Of a stretch of 34,892 nt of DNA, positions 22,255 to 34,892 are shown piece by piece. Where the stretch lies: positions 35,902,840 through 35,937,731 of the forward strand of contig JANKJI020000002.1 in the NCBI GenBank assembly GCA_024626585.2, written 5' to 3'. How positions within the stretch are numbered: position 1 is the stretch's first letter; the number at the start of each line of letters is the position of its first letter. The DNA comes from Ginkgo biloba. Lineage: Eukaryota; Plantae; Ginkgophyta. The notes under the pieces were generated by a model. The model saw nothing but the letters and a program-made list of their open reading frames with translations. It did no database searches and was not told the origin of the DNA. The position numbers and the translations under genes were made by a program.

Positions 22255-23053
22255 ATGGATATGGAGGGGGATCCTCCCCCTCCTTTATCTCCTTCCTCTT
22301 CAAAATCAATGGCATTTTAGAAGTTGGTCTCGTCACTCTCAAATAAGATAAGATCAAAAGCTCCTCCCTTGCGTTTTGTTAAAAAGGCAACTTCAACGTC
22401 ATCTGCAACTTTACCATCCTCCTCCTTTCGAGGCAAAGATTTAGCTCTTTCTAAAATGGGGTTAGTAGGTTAGTTTACTATTTNNNNNNNNNNNNNNNNN
22501 NNNNNNNNNNNNNNNNNNNNNNNNNNNNNNNNNNNNNNNNNNNNNNNNNNNNNNNNNNTTGCTTGTGGTCGTGGCTTCTTCATTTTTCTTTTTGAATCAA
22601 AAGAAGACAAGGATCTCATTTTTAAAAGGGGGCCATATTTCTATGGAACAAGGGTTCTCTATTTAAACAAATATTCTTTTCATTTTGATCCAAAAGTAGA
22701 CATTCCTTCTATAGTTCTAATGTGGGTGCAGTTCCCACATCTGTCACTCCCTTGTTGGGGGGAAGAATGCTTGCAAGTTATTGGAAATTTTCTTGGGAAA
22801 TTCATCAATAAGTCATCCTTGAAAGGGAAAATGTATGATTATGCATGCATTTGTGTTAAGTTAGATCTAGAAAAGGGTCTTCCAGAAGAAATCCTCTTCA
22901 CTCCAAATAGTTGGTCTTATTGTCAAAAGTTGGACTATGAACAACTCCCCTTAAAATGCAAGGCTTGTCATGAATATGATCACTTTGCCAAGGACTGCAA
23001 GTTAAATTCTTAGAACTAGAATGCTTCACTAGAAAAGGAAGATCAATGGAAAT
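22255..23053 (+). pseudogene. L1 LINE ORF1 remnant (DUF4283-like region plus zinc knuckle), interrupted and ended by gaps
   Basis: DLALSKMGLVG*FT before the gap; the frame is open from 22561 to 23013: CGRGFFIFLFESKEDKDLIFKRGPYFYG..FDP..WVQFPHL..IGNFLGKF..ICVKLDLEKGLP..QKLDYEQLPLK-CKACHEYDHFAKDC. Confidence 0.9.
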
Positions 23054-23999
23054 NNNNNNNNNNNNNNNNNNNNNNNNNNNNNNNNNNNNNNNNNNNNNNN
23101 NNNNNNNNNNNNNNNNNNNNNNNNNNNNNNNNNNNNNNNNNNNNNNNNNNNNNAAACACCCAACTATAATAATGTAGAAAATGGATTATGCAACATATAA
23201 CTTTTTTTAACTTTATGTAATTTATTCATTTGTAAATAATACAAGAACCTACCATATAGTTATTTATTATGCCAATTTAAACCATTCATAAATCACATCA
23301 GGCCTAGCATCTAGCTTTTTCCTATTTAAACATTTATAGATAGTATATAAGTCTTATGCATAGTTCCCCATTGCCTAAAAGGATAATTAACAATAATTAA
23401 AGGAAAATCATTTTATAATGGAATTGTTAAACATTGAACATGGTTTAATCTCCTATGCAATATGGGTCTATCTCACATTTAATCTACCTTAGTGGTTTTC
23501 TATTAGAAGACCCTTTTATAATCTTATCAACCATTACTTTACTAGGTTATATCATGGGATACGATCAATAATGGCAACCATATCCTTTTAATATTTCTAG
23601 TAACATCTTAGTTATGAGATTCACATAATAAATCTAAATCCATATTTGGATCAACCCAATAGGACCATTATCACAATATAATCTAACGTGATGACCTAAA
23701 ATGTGATTTTCTTTGGGAGATTCACATAATAATTTTGCTATTGATATTAATTAGTGGCCATATTATAGAGTGACCTAGATTTCTTAATATTTATCTTGTA
23801 TGTGAAGTAATTCCTCATAAGATGTCTAGTCTAGTATTCTAAGGATGTCAAGAGGAGTTTAGGGACTTACTCCTAGAATCTATGAATTCACTACCAAATA
23901 AAATGGAGTGTGTACATAATCTAAATTAGGAAACCCTTTATCTAGATACTAATACACTATTTATTAATACATAACAAGCCCTGTGACCTTACATATCAA

Positions 24000-26900
24000 T
24001 CCCACTACCTAAATATTTTAGCAAAGTAGGAAATTTAAATGATCGTGTTTATCTCGAATCCTTTACCACATTAGGAGTTTCTTAACAAATATTGCTATAT
24101 AACTATTCTTCTATACAATTACCAATAATTCTATAAAATGGAATCAATCCATCCTTATTTTGTCAACCCCTTCTTGGGATGATTTGAGTACTACTTTTTT
24201 AAGGTATTTTATCATTGTTGTTCATGTTGTTGAGATGCTTAAGGAAATTTCTAAAATTAGTTATCTCCCTAGTGAATATATGAATAATTTCACCACCATA
24301 TTTATTAAACTTAAATATGTTATACCATTCGCATACATGTATAAAAATGTGACTTATCACATCTACTACTATAATAAGATCACTCCTAACTATAAGTTTA
24401 AAAATAAAGAGACCCTTAGTGACACACTATAATAATCCATCAACATCTATATGTAATATTAAGAGAGGCCATAAATAAGTACCAAAATCCTTAATACAAC
24501 CTCTATTGACACTACCTCTTCTCATCCATTGTCTATAATGAAATGAATTGAGAATAATATCCTTAGAATCTCAACTAACAAGTCCAGTAATAAAACCTCT
24601 CTAATAAAATAATTAGAATGAAGAGGAGAATGGTTGAATAATCACCATTAGTATACCTCCTATTACATCCATCAAATTAGGAAAATCGTATTAATTCATA
24701 GTAATAATCTATAAATATCCTTCTCTTAGGTATCACCTAGGAACTCTTATTATAATCAAAGAGTTATGATATGTTGTAATTTTTATCAAACTATTAATTA
24801 TCAGAGAAAGACTGTATGTATTATCTTTATTTTAGATAATAGTATAAATTCATTATGGGATAACCCTTCCCTATTGAATCACCAAATCAATAGATGATCA
24901 TTTTTACTAACCCCTTTCCTACTAAAAACACATCCTTTGGGATTTAATATTTAAATGATAATGAAAATAGTGTTGAGTAACCCATATAAACTCAATCTAA
25001 ATCATACATAAATGACCAATAACCATCATCCTCCATTACACCTATAAATTCCAACAAAAGGAAGAAATATATCATTCCTATAGTATAAAATATAGNNNNN
25101 NNNNNNNNNNNNNNNNNNNNNNNNNNNNNNNNNNNNNNNNNNNNNNNNNNNNNNNNNNNNNNNNNNNNNNNNNNNNNNNNNNNNNNNNNNNNNNNNNNNN
25201 NNNNNNNNNNNNNNNNNNNNNNNNNNNNNNNNNNNNNNNNNNNNNNNNNNNNNNNNNNNNNNNNNNNNNNNNNNNNNNAGAATTTATTTGTGTTAAATAT
25301 GATTGTGGTGAATACTATTATTAAGGGAAATTTTCCCTCATTTATTTTAATGAGAATAAATCATAATTAATTAAGAAACTATTTAGTTAATATTAAATTA
25401 CACCATAATATTATATATCTTAGTGTGAAAAATAATCAATCCCTCATGATGATCGATCCTTACCATGACAACCTAAAAGGATTTTATAGTCATAATGTCA
25501 TTCTACTAGGACAAATTAAGGGTATTTTTGTCTCCATCAAATATCTCTATCTCTATTTAATTTCAACTCTCATAGTTATTGATGTCCCCACCACTTACAC
25601 TATCCTTTTTGGAAGGCCTTATATTGATGATTATAAAGTTGATATTAAAATGTACCAAAACATTCTCACTATTCCATACTATGGGATGATGAAATCCATC
25701 AAAATTAATCCATTTATCTTTATTCTTAATGATTTATATTATGAGTATGATGATGATGGTTTTACATTAATTGACCTTCACCTTAGTATATGATCTCTTT
25801 GAGAAATTATACATTGAATATTCTACACAAATTTAGTCCAAGAAGGTAGAAATCTTTTGTGGAATTTGACCTTCAATAGCAATAGGAATTTAACCAATAC
25901 ATTTATTAGTTTCATCCTCGTAAATGGTTTAATACTAGTCTTCTACTTTAGTATTAATCTTAAATTATTCTACACAAATAATAGATAAAATGATAAAGCT
26001 CTGAATGTTGGTCTGAATAAGAATTTAGAGTTAAAGTTGATCAATATCAAATCATTTGGTGATATTGAGCTAGTGATACTATAAACTAAGAAGACATATC
26101 AAGTCAAGAACACTTTTTTTAAGTAATTTTAGGAGTTGGTGAGAAGTTTGACTTAATGTTAGTTGAGACTATTTCACCATTGCCTACTATCTTTTAGGAT
26201 AATAAGTAAGCCCTTTGTCCTTAGCAAGGATAGAGAGGTCTTTTTTTAACTTTAGTAGAGTGAGTATAATTAGAAAAATGGGAATTCTATAGCACCATGG
26301 AGATCAATTGATCAATATCCATCTCGTTGAGGAAAATGGAGAAGATCATGTTGATGGTTTACCATTGCCTCGCCTTGTCTTGGAGGCTCTTTGGGAAAGT
26401 GGAAGGGATTTTTATCACTACTATTTCTCCTTAGAATATAGGATAGGGTGTATGAAAATTTTTAAAAGTTCCAAGTAAATATTTTAATTTCTCAAAGTTT
26501 CATGCNNNNNNNNNNNNNNNNNNNNNNNNNNNNNNNNNNNNNNNNNNNNNNNNNNNNNNNNNNNNNNNNNNNNNNNNNNNNNNNNNNNNNNNNNNNNNNN
26601 NNNNNNNNNNNNNNNNNTAGGTTCAAATCCTACTTGGGGAGATCCATTTTCTTTGAGGGATCACTTTGACTAGGTAAAATGCTCCTTGTATTTATTTATA
26701 TTAATGAAAAATTGCCAAAAATGAAGATAGGGATGTACTCACTCCTAGTAGTCCATAAAAAAAATGGAAATAATGGTATCTTTAGAGTAATAAAAAATTG
26801 GGATAAGAAAATCCATCATTCTCCATTATAAGGATATTTTTGGAGGTAAATCGGGGGGANNNNNNNNNNTGAAGTCCTCTATTTTCTCAACTTGTTACTA

Positions 26901-28889
26901 GTTAGTAAAACTATCAATTCATTCCTTATAAGTCATTGATAATTAAATATCCCTATATGTTGTCAATATCTCAATGTATTTTTGAGATAAAATCTCCTTT
27001 ATCCCAAGATATCAAAATATTTAATTTGATATTCATCTAATTTATACATCATTTTTTATCCTAGATCCTTATGTATTGAGTAGGTCTTATCCTATCAAAA
27101 TTTTATACTTCCCTTTTGTTCCTAATAATGANNNNNNNNNNNNNNNNNNNNNNNNNNNNNNNNNNNNNNNNNNNNNNNNNNNNNNNNNNNNNNNNATAAA
27201 TTTAACTATATGGATTTAAATCCATATTATCATTTTGACCAATATGAATATTTCATTAATTTTAAGTCTAAAAGTATTCTAAAAGATTCGTGAGTCTTAC
27301 GATCTATGTTCACTGCTAACGAGAGTTTATGACATCATAAACTCGTTGATGACCCTTCCCTCTATAAAATTGAGGATTTTATATCTATTAATATGGGATA
27401 TGACTCCAATATTTAATACCTTTAGATATGATTTGACTACTGAATGATTAAATAATAATAACTTTATGAATTATTTAGAGAATAAGAAGATTATTTTACT
27501 TAGTTATATAATGAATTAAGGGGGTTTCACCCTAATATTTCATCTCATCATATTGACATCATATTAGAGGTAAAGACCTTTAGAAAAAGTTAGATAATAA
27601 TCAATCCAATTATTAGTGTTATCATGACGAAGGAATTCCAAAAAATTTTAGAGGATAAGGTTATATTTTTGGTTGATCAACCTGCCTTGGTGTCTAAAAT
27701 CATCCTTGTTTATAAAAAGAATACTAAAATTTTCATTAATGTTGACTTTAGGAACTCAAATAGGGATACGTAAAACAATAATATTTTAATCCCTCACATT
27801 AAAGATATTATCAATTTAGTATCTTGATTAAATATTATCTCCCTATTATATAGTTTTTTGGATTATAATAATATTAAGATACGGCAGGAATATAGGCTNN
27901 NNNNNNNNNNNNNNGATTATAATGTGATACCTTTCAAGTTAATCAGTGTAGATGAAAAATTTTAATAGGCTATAACCACCTCTTTCTATGACCTCATTCC
28001 CATTATCACTAAAATATATTTTGATGATTTGAATGTACAGTTAGAAGTGAGACGTGATCATTTTGATCATCTCTATCTCATATTACAAAGGTGTATATGC
28101 TATGGAATTTCCATAAACCTTAAATAATATATAATTATATATAAAGAGGGTAATCTCTTAGGGTTTATCATATCTTTGTAAGGTTTATAAATGTCAAATC
28201 CATACTAAAGATTTCCCTTATCGGGTCTAATAAATAAGTTTATTCCTTGTTTAAGAATGTAAATTACATTGTTAGATTTCTTAACACATATGTAGAGATA
28301 GTCAAATCTATAAATTATTTCCTTAAAGGGAATGCACACTTTGAATAGATATAAAAGGTAAAATTAGGTTTCTTTATGATAAAGGAAGCACTTATTACAT
28401 CCCTAATCCTTACATATCCTAACTTTTTCAAAGGGTTTATAGTTTGCACTAATGTATCTTCCATAGGCAATAATGTGATTTGAGGTAAGAAGATGAGTTA
28501 AAATTAAGCAAGCTTATCTATTTCATTAGAAAGGCCTTAGATGATTACCATATTAATTATATTAATATGGAAAGGAAATGTTTTTTCCTAGTTTTTTCAT
28601 CTTAGACATTACCTCTTAGATAAATATGTTATAGCTAAAGTCTCTCTTAACCCACTTAAATGTTTCTTACTTATATAGAGTCTGGCAGAAAAAGAAGAAG
28701 GTGAGATATGATACTCTAAGAGTTTTATCTAGAGATTTATGATATTTTGATAGTAAAGGGGTAAAGTTTAAATAAACACTTGATAGATAATCCTATTGAC
28801 CATGAGTCTCAAATATGATTGGATGATTCATTCCCAAACAAGCATATCCTAGTCATGGAAGAAAACCCTAAATGGTATGCTCCCATTAT
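24000..28889 (+). mobile_element. Heavily decayed Ty3/Gypsy element, non-chromovirus Athila/Tat lineage (gag-PR-RT-RNase H, up to the integrase linker)
   Basis: Collinear motifs: LPKY (24005), SWDDL..FL.YF (24172), VIDVPTTYTILFGRPY (about 25575-25622), ELRGFHP..HHI..KEFQKILEDKVIF..VDFRN (27513-27755), IPFKL, YFDD (28017-28028), LLGFIIS, YPNF.KGFIVCT, RHYLL, DDSFP..WYAPI (28822-28887). Many stops and frameshifts. Continuity across the gaps is assumed. Confidence 0.85.
26618..26641 (+). tRNA. trnN-GUU: 3' 24 nt of a plastid-type tRNA-Asn(GUU) gene (T arm and acceptor strand), likely a nuclear plastid insertion (NUPT); 5' part lost in the gap
   Basis: TAGGTTCAAATCCTACTTGGGGAG matches the recalled 3' end of plastid trnN-GUU (..TAGGTTCRAATCCTACTTGGGGAG); the T-stem TAGG/CCTA with TTCAAAT loop is visible. 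Confidence 0.6.
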
Positions 28890-29998
28890 NNNNNNNNNNN
28901 NNNNNNNNNNNNNNNNNNNNNNNNNNNNNNNNNNNNNNNNNNNNNNNNNNNNNNNNNNNNNNNNNNNNNNNNNNNNNNNNNNNNNNNNNTATGTGAAAGA
29001 GTCTACTTTATTCTTATATCTTCGCACACATTCATTAGTTGTAAAGTCATATTTTTATGTCAATGATGCTAATAGACCTATTGTTTTCAAATAGGCCTTT
29101 GTAAACTATTCCTAATTTGTCCATTCCATATTTTATATTTTTTTAAGTTGTTATTATTCAAAATTTATTTCATTATTTCTGTAAGTTATTAGTCCCTTAA
29201 ACCCTTATATGCCTTCATATATATTTTTGTACTTTAGTAAAAAATCATTTATATATATTTTTGGCTTTTATGTTGTAGAAAAATTATTTATTAGATTAAG
29301 AGTCAACATAAACATATAATTGTAGGAAAGATTCTATTACAATAACATTCTAATATATGATAGATCATATCATTTCCTACTATAGGGAACTAAAAAACTA
29401 CATTTATAAAAGATGTCATGTGAGATGGAATTTATTAAGACCATTCTTTTAATAAGTGAACAATATCTAATTTGAGAAAGATTGTGTTATCTTTCTTAAT
29501 TTTTCAATAATGTATGAGGCTCTTTCTATACCAAAAAAAGATTCTATTATAATCAAATCCTTGCCTAATATTTAAAAGATGCAGGGGGGTTCTAAGTGAA
29601 AATTATAGTTTGTGAATATAGTATGATCAAGAATGTCCACTAGGGGGTCTCCACTAACATGTGTTACCTCTTAACCTCACTGGATGATCCACCTTTAACT
29701 TTATTTTAAATGAAAAATTTCATAAATTTGGCTACAAATAATTTTTTCCTAAAAAATACTCAACTCTAGTTTAAATTTTTTTTTTAAATCACTTAATATA
29801 TGATCATGACTATAAATAATAAATATGTCATTTCCTAATATAGCATGTGTGTGTATGTACACAAATACAATTCATATATACATCAACTAATATTTGTAAA
29901 TTATAACCAGTGTGAATATTTAATCCCCCATTATTCTTACTAACTTACTAGACCCATATATGAAATTTAATGACTTTTTATAGTTTAATATTAGAAAA

Positions 29999-31900
29999 TG
30001 TAGTGACCCTAATTATGATTAATTACTAGTTAATTAGTAAATAACTATCATAAAATATTAACTATTAATCAACAATAATTAGTAGTTAATTAGTGTTAAA
30101 TGAAGGGTCGCATGAAGAGGTACAACAAAGAGTCACCTTCTTTGATCCTTTATGACCTAAATATTGGCCACTCTTAATTCATTTGGACATCAAATCATAT
30201 CACATATTCATTACTTTCTACTTCCTTCTTCTTGGAAGAAGAAGACCTATTCTATATTGGGTAGAAGGTGCTCCTAATTAGATGGTCAATGGTTGTTGAA
30301 GGTGCCCCATAGCCCCTTTATTCTATGATACTTGATATTATTTAATCAAAATATATTTCTTATTATAAAATTACTAAATTTCTCAATTCTATTAGTACTC
30401 CTCCATTTAGGGAATTATAAGTGATATCAAAGTAGTTGTGATCTTGGTTATGGTTTCAACATGATGGATCACTATGAGAAAAATCATAAATATACAAAGT
30501 GTAATATCTATGGGATGAACCCTACCATTAATCCTCAATATAAGTATTTAGTGAAAGAGGATTGTCACCTATGATATCACTATTTTGATAACACTAAGTT
30601 TATAAAATTTAATTTCTTCAAACTATTAACTCCTAAAGAACCTCAAGTAGCATCAATCAGTATGTTCATCATCATTTTTCCCTCAAAATTTATATATGAT
30701 CACTCTAACAAATTTTCATACAAGCATGTGTAGTTGCCCATTAAGTAAGAACTATAAGAAGGAGAACCAGAGTATCAAGATAACCCAAAAGAGGAAGATA
30801 ACACTTTAATAATAGATAATGGATGATGAAGCTAATGGTAGTAGTATGGAATCCTTCATGTCAACATATTTTAATGCCAAAGGAGAAGAGGCCTAGTGCC
30901 TTATTGATATTGATAATAAATTAGAGTAGTTTATGGAAACACGTAGCACATCTAGTGTGTCCCCTATACCTTTATCTATATTTTTTGTACCAAAATTAAA
31001 TTATCCTAGTAGTTAAGCAAGTGAATTCAAAGACACACTTGTTCATATTCTGAACAAAGTATCAAAATAGATTGAGCTAGAATTTAAGTCCTAAGATCTC
31101 TCTCTTTTAACTACTATGAAATATTATCTTGCATAGAAAAAATGTAAACATGGATATCATAAGACAATAGAGAAATATGAATATCTAGATGGAGAAGCAA
31201 ATAGAGAATCAATTTTAGAAACAAGATAAGAGGAACTTTGGCTTATCTTAGGAAGAGACCCAGTAATATTATAGGATTAACCTAAAGGAACACCCCTGAA
31301 CTAAGGTTTGGAATAAATAAACTAATATGAGAAAGTTATAAGCTAAATAAACAAGATAATAGAAAAATCATTTGAATGACCAACGCTACTAGATAATCTT
31401 AGAAGGAACAATTATGCAATATATTTACGTACCCTTTCTTAAAATCCTTATGGGAAATCTCCCACTATGGATTGCATCTCAAGGGAATTGGTAATAGTGA
31501 AGGAAAGCTTCATGATTCAAATCAAAATTATTTTACTTCAAATAGTAGTTCATCTAGTATTTACAAATCTACTCAACGTTTATAAGAAATTTCCTAGATC
31601 CAAAGACTTAAAATTAATTATATAAGGGCAAAAGAAGATCCTAAAGATTATAAGATTATTGGAACTCTTATTGGACACTAACTAGGAATCTAAATGGATG
31701 AGATATGTTATAAAGAAGACTAGGATATGGGTGAGACACGTGTTTGTGATCAAACCCAAGATAGAAGCTGAAATTAAACCACCCTTCAATTTCCTAGAGA
31801 AGTATGAACAAATGTATCATGCAGTTTATAATTCATTGGCTCTCATGGATTGTAGTGATATGATTAGAAGAAATCAAAAAAAATTATACTCAAACAATAA
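29999..31900 (+). mobile_element. Possible 5' part of another decayed Gypsy element (LTR start and gag remnant)
   Basis: TGTAGTGACCCTAA at 29999 resembles an LTR start; 31590-31655 reads FPRSKDLKL../YKGK/EDPKDY with frameshifts (cf. gag YKGKGDP.DH). No clear PBS. Confidence 0.3.
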
Positions 31901-34892
31901 AATTATTACAAAATAATAATTGCATATGATTATGACTATCTACTACAATGTGTGGTAGTATCATAATGAGCCTAAAGCATGGGCAAGTTAAGAAATTAAA
32001 ATTATAAAAGAAATAAAGAAAACCATGACCATGACATAGTGGTTGATCACATGTTGGAGAACTCACAAAAAATAGTATTTGGATTATATTTATTCTTATA
32101 TGCCTCTCTATAGTGATTATATATGATTGCATCAATTAGATGGATTGTCTATTTTCTAATGGAGAGATCAAAACAAAATGTATTAGAAGCATTAAAATAT
32201 GGGAGTTCGCANNNNNNNNNNGTAAGACCTAAACTTAGACCTACCCATTACCTCCTAAAAATCATGGACTTGCTTGTATTTTCCTATTGATTCATTATTT
32301 GGGTTGTTCCCTTTATCTTCTCTTTAATCTTGAGTGCATGCCAACATGTATCTCTTAATATTTCTATTTAAGAATTGTATACTTATCTATGTCTCTAATT
32401 TCTAATATAATGGAAAGGGAATGAAACTNNNNNNNNNNNNNNNNNNNNNNNNNNNNNNNNNNNNNNNNNNNNNTATGCCATTACATCATTCCATCATCCA
32501 ACTAGTTTATTAGATAAAAATTATGTCTTAGAAGGGCCATGAACTCATCCTAGCTAGCCACTGAAGCTCTATGTATTTCTTCTCTCTCTATAGAATTACC
32601 TCTAACAAAACAAATCATTTTGACTAAATATAAGCCTTTTAAACTCAATTTTATCTCTTTCATTAAATTTATTAACACTAAAATAGATTTCTTATTGTTA
32701 AATCTAAAAATCTAATGATTTAGCATCAATTTCACCATTAAAAGATCAAATTTCTTTATGATTTTTTCCTTTGAAAGGTGTATTACCTCCAAGCACCTTG
32801 GATTTGGAGGATTTAGAATCCTAGGACTTATGGGTCTTGCTCTCTTTCATCATGGATGTAATCTCATCCATTAAGTTAGCTCTCTACTTATTTAAATCCT
32901 CTTATAAAATATGCATTAATATTTCTTTGCCATTATTAACCTTTTGCTCTCCCATAACTATAGTCTTCATGTACCTTATTTTTCCTAAGTATGGATAGAG
33001 AGGAGGATTATTTGGTTGAATACCATACCTCTTATATATACTTATCATCCATATTTATTCTTCCAACTTAAAATCTTACCCAAAATATATGANNNNNNNN
33101 NNNNNNNNNNNNNNNNNNNNNNNNNNNNNNNNNNNNNNNNNNNNNNNNNNNNNNNNNNNNNNNNNNNNNNNNNNNNNNNNNNNNNNNNNNNNNNNNNNNN
33201 NNNNNNNNNNNNNNNNNNNNNNNNNNNNNNNNNNNNNNNNNNNNNNNNNNNNNNNNNNNNNNNNNNNNNNNNNNNNNNNNNNNNNNNNNNNNNNNNNNNN
33301 NNNNNNNNNNNNNNNNNNNNNNNNNNNNNNNNNNNNNNNNNNNNNNNNNNNNNNNNNNNNNNNNNNNNNNNNNNNNNNNNNNNNNNNNNNNNNNNNNNNN
33401 NNNNNNNNNNNNNNNNNNNNNNNNNNNNNNNNNNNNNNNNNNNNNNNNNNNNNNNNNNNNNNNNNNNNNNNNNNNNNNNNNNNNNNNNNNNNNNNNNNNN
33501 NNNNNNNNNNNNNNNNNNNNNNNNNNNNNNNNNNNNNNNNNNNNNNNNNNNNNNNNNNNNNNNNNNCAATCTTGTTGTTATGTGGTTGTTAGAAATGTCC
33601 TACCAAAATGTCCCTGCATTTATTCCACTACATGATAATCCTTTACTATTTTTTACATAACTTGTAATTGTAGATTTATTTTTCATATTCTTGGGATCAT
33701 TTTGAAGTTAACAAAAAATTATACAAATTTTCTTATTTAACTAGAGGTTGAAGATATATGGATTTTTTCTAATTTTTTCTCCAAGTTGGCTCTTTATAAA
33801 AAGGATGGAATTTTACATATAACTTTATTTGGAAATAAAATTTGTATATACAATAAAAATTTTGACCCAAGGACATTTGGATCATCTATTTCATCCTCTT
33901 CTATCTATTTGAATTATATACTTTATGATAACGACCTTTAGTATTTTCCCTTTTCACTACACTACTCACTATCTCAAGTAATATCTAGCTTATCTCTACA
34001 TCAATCACCAAAAATTTTTCTATTTCTTCTCTCTCTCAAATAACAAATTCTTCTTATGTGTATTCTCATAATCAATTTATTTGTATTAGAAATATTCCAT
34101 CAACTAGTAGTTGTTTATATTCATCTATATCCATTTCATCGTACTCTTCTTATGATGTTACTATAAATATCATTCTAGTATCCTCTCTATTAGCATTCTT
34201 ATCTTATTCATCTTTTCCTTCAACCATCTTCCCACAACCATGTGATTTATTTATTTCTTGACTTTCTATCATACTTCTTATATTTCTCTTTTTTTACTCT
34301 TCTCTCATCTTATTTTCTTAGTTGACCTCTCCAATTTATCAAATAAATAGTTAGGGTGACTATTAATTCTCAATCTAACATTATCAATGGGGTCCAAGGG
34401 GTAGCATCCCTTAGTGGGGTCCTTAAGATGAATTCACTATAAAGGATTAGGATTAATATCCAAGACATTATCTAAATAATCTACATTATGAAAGAATGAA
34501 TTCATGTATTTTTTGTTAAGGATGAAAGTGCATTAGAATAAATTATTAAAAAATTACAAACGAGTTTCTAAAATGAAACATAGTCTAGTGCAAACTCAAT
34601 AAAACCTCACCTTTAGGCAATTTTTTGATTTCCATACTAAATGTTATTAAATAAATATTGAGTAATAACTAGTTTCCACATTATAAGGTTGTAGAATCCA
34701 GTAATAGAGTATTTAAATATTATATTTTTTAGATAGGAAATTCAGTTAAATGTTCACTAAAGTTGAAATTGTGTAGGAATAAGGCATAAGGAACCAATCA
34801 AATATAAATATCTTCTAGAATAATAATTGAGATTAAACACCATTAGGAATCTAATGAGAATATTACATAGTTCTTAAAATATATTCCTTAAA

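Noticed and set aside
33016-33660. Long ORFs of 167-214 aa in the ORF track (similar cases at 2888-3180 and 21468-21790)
   Set aside because: Composed largely or almost entirely of N-gap translation.
34388-34422. GC-rich mini-hairpin GGGGTCCAAGGGGTAGCATCCCTTAGTGGGGTCC
   Set aside because: Single short copy that looks like a common repeat-associated motif; no element boundaries can be defined.

Overview
Gappy eukaryotic scaffold with many N-runs, several of about 100 bases and probably of unknown true length. It is almost certainly a land-plant nuclear genome; the transposon (TE) types, AT-biased decay and apparently very long intron suggest a gymnosperm (inference). The only host-gene piece I can recognise is the terminal exon of an ETO1-like 1 (EOL1) BTB/TPR gene at 9678-9934 (+). 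The rest is transposon-derived or unassignable. There is one well-preserved, GC-rich L1-clade LINE (about 6440-9124: ORF1 with DUF4283-like region and zinc knuckle, overlapping an APE-endonuclease ORF2 by ATGA). There are also two older L1 remnants, a long decayed Athila/Tat-type Ty3/Gypsy element (about 24000-28889), further Gypsy/Copia fragments, LTR-boundary signals (primer-binding site, PBS; polypurine tract, PPT), and a short plastid-like trnN-GUU 3' fragment. I found no convincing new biological system. The best leads are (i) the L1 5' region, which is in frame with ORF1 for about 250 more codons and abuts it as TAG-ATG, (ii) the replaced C-terminus of the EOL1 exon, (iii) the probable plastid insertion inside the Gypsy element, and (iv) a PPT-LTR-PBS junction suggesting a tandem LTR structure. 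All family assignments come from recalled motifs, not database searches.
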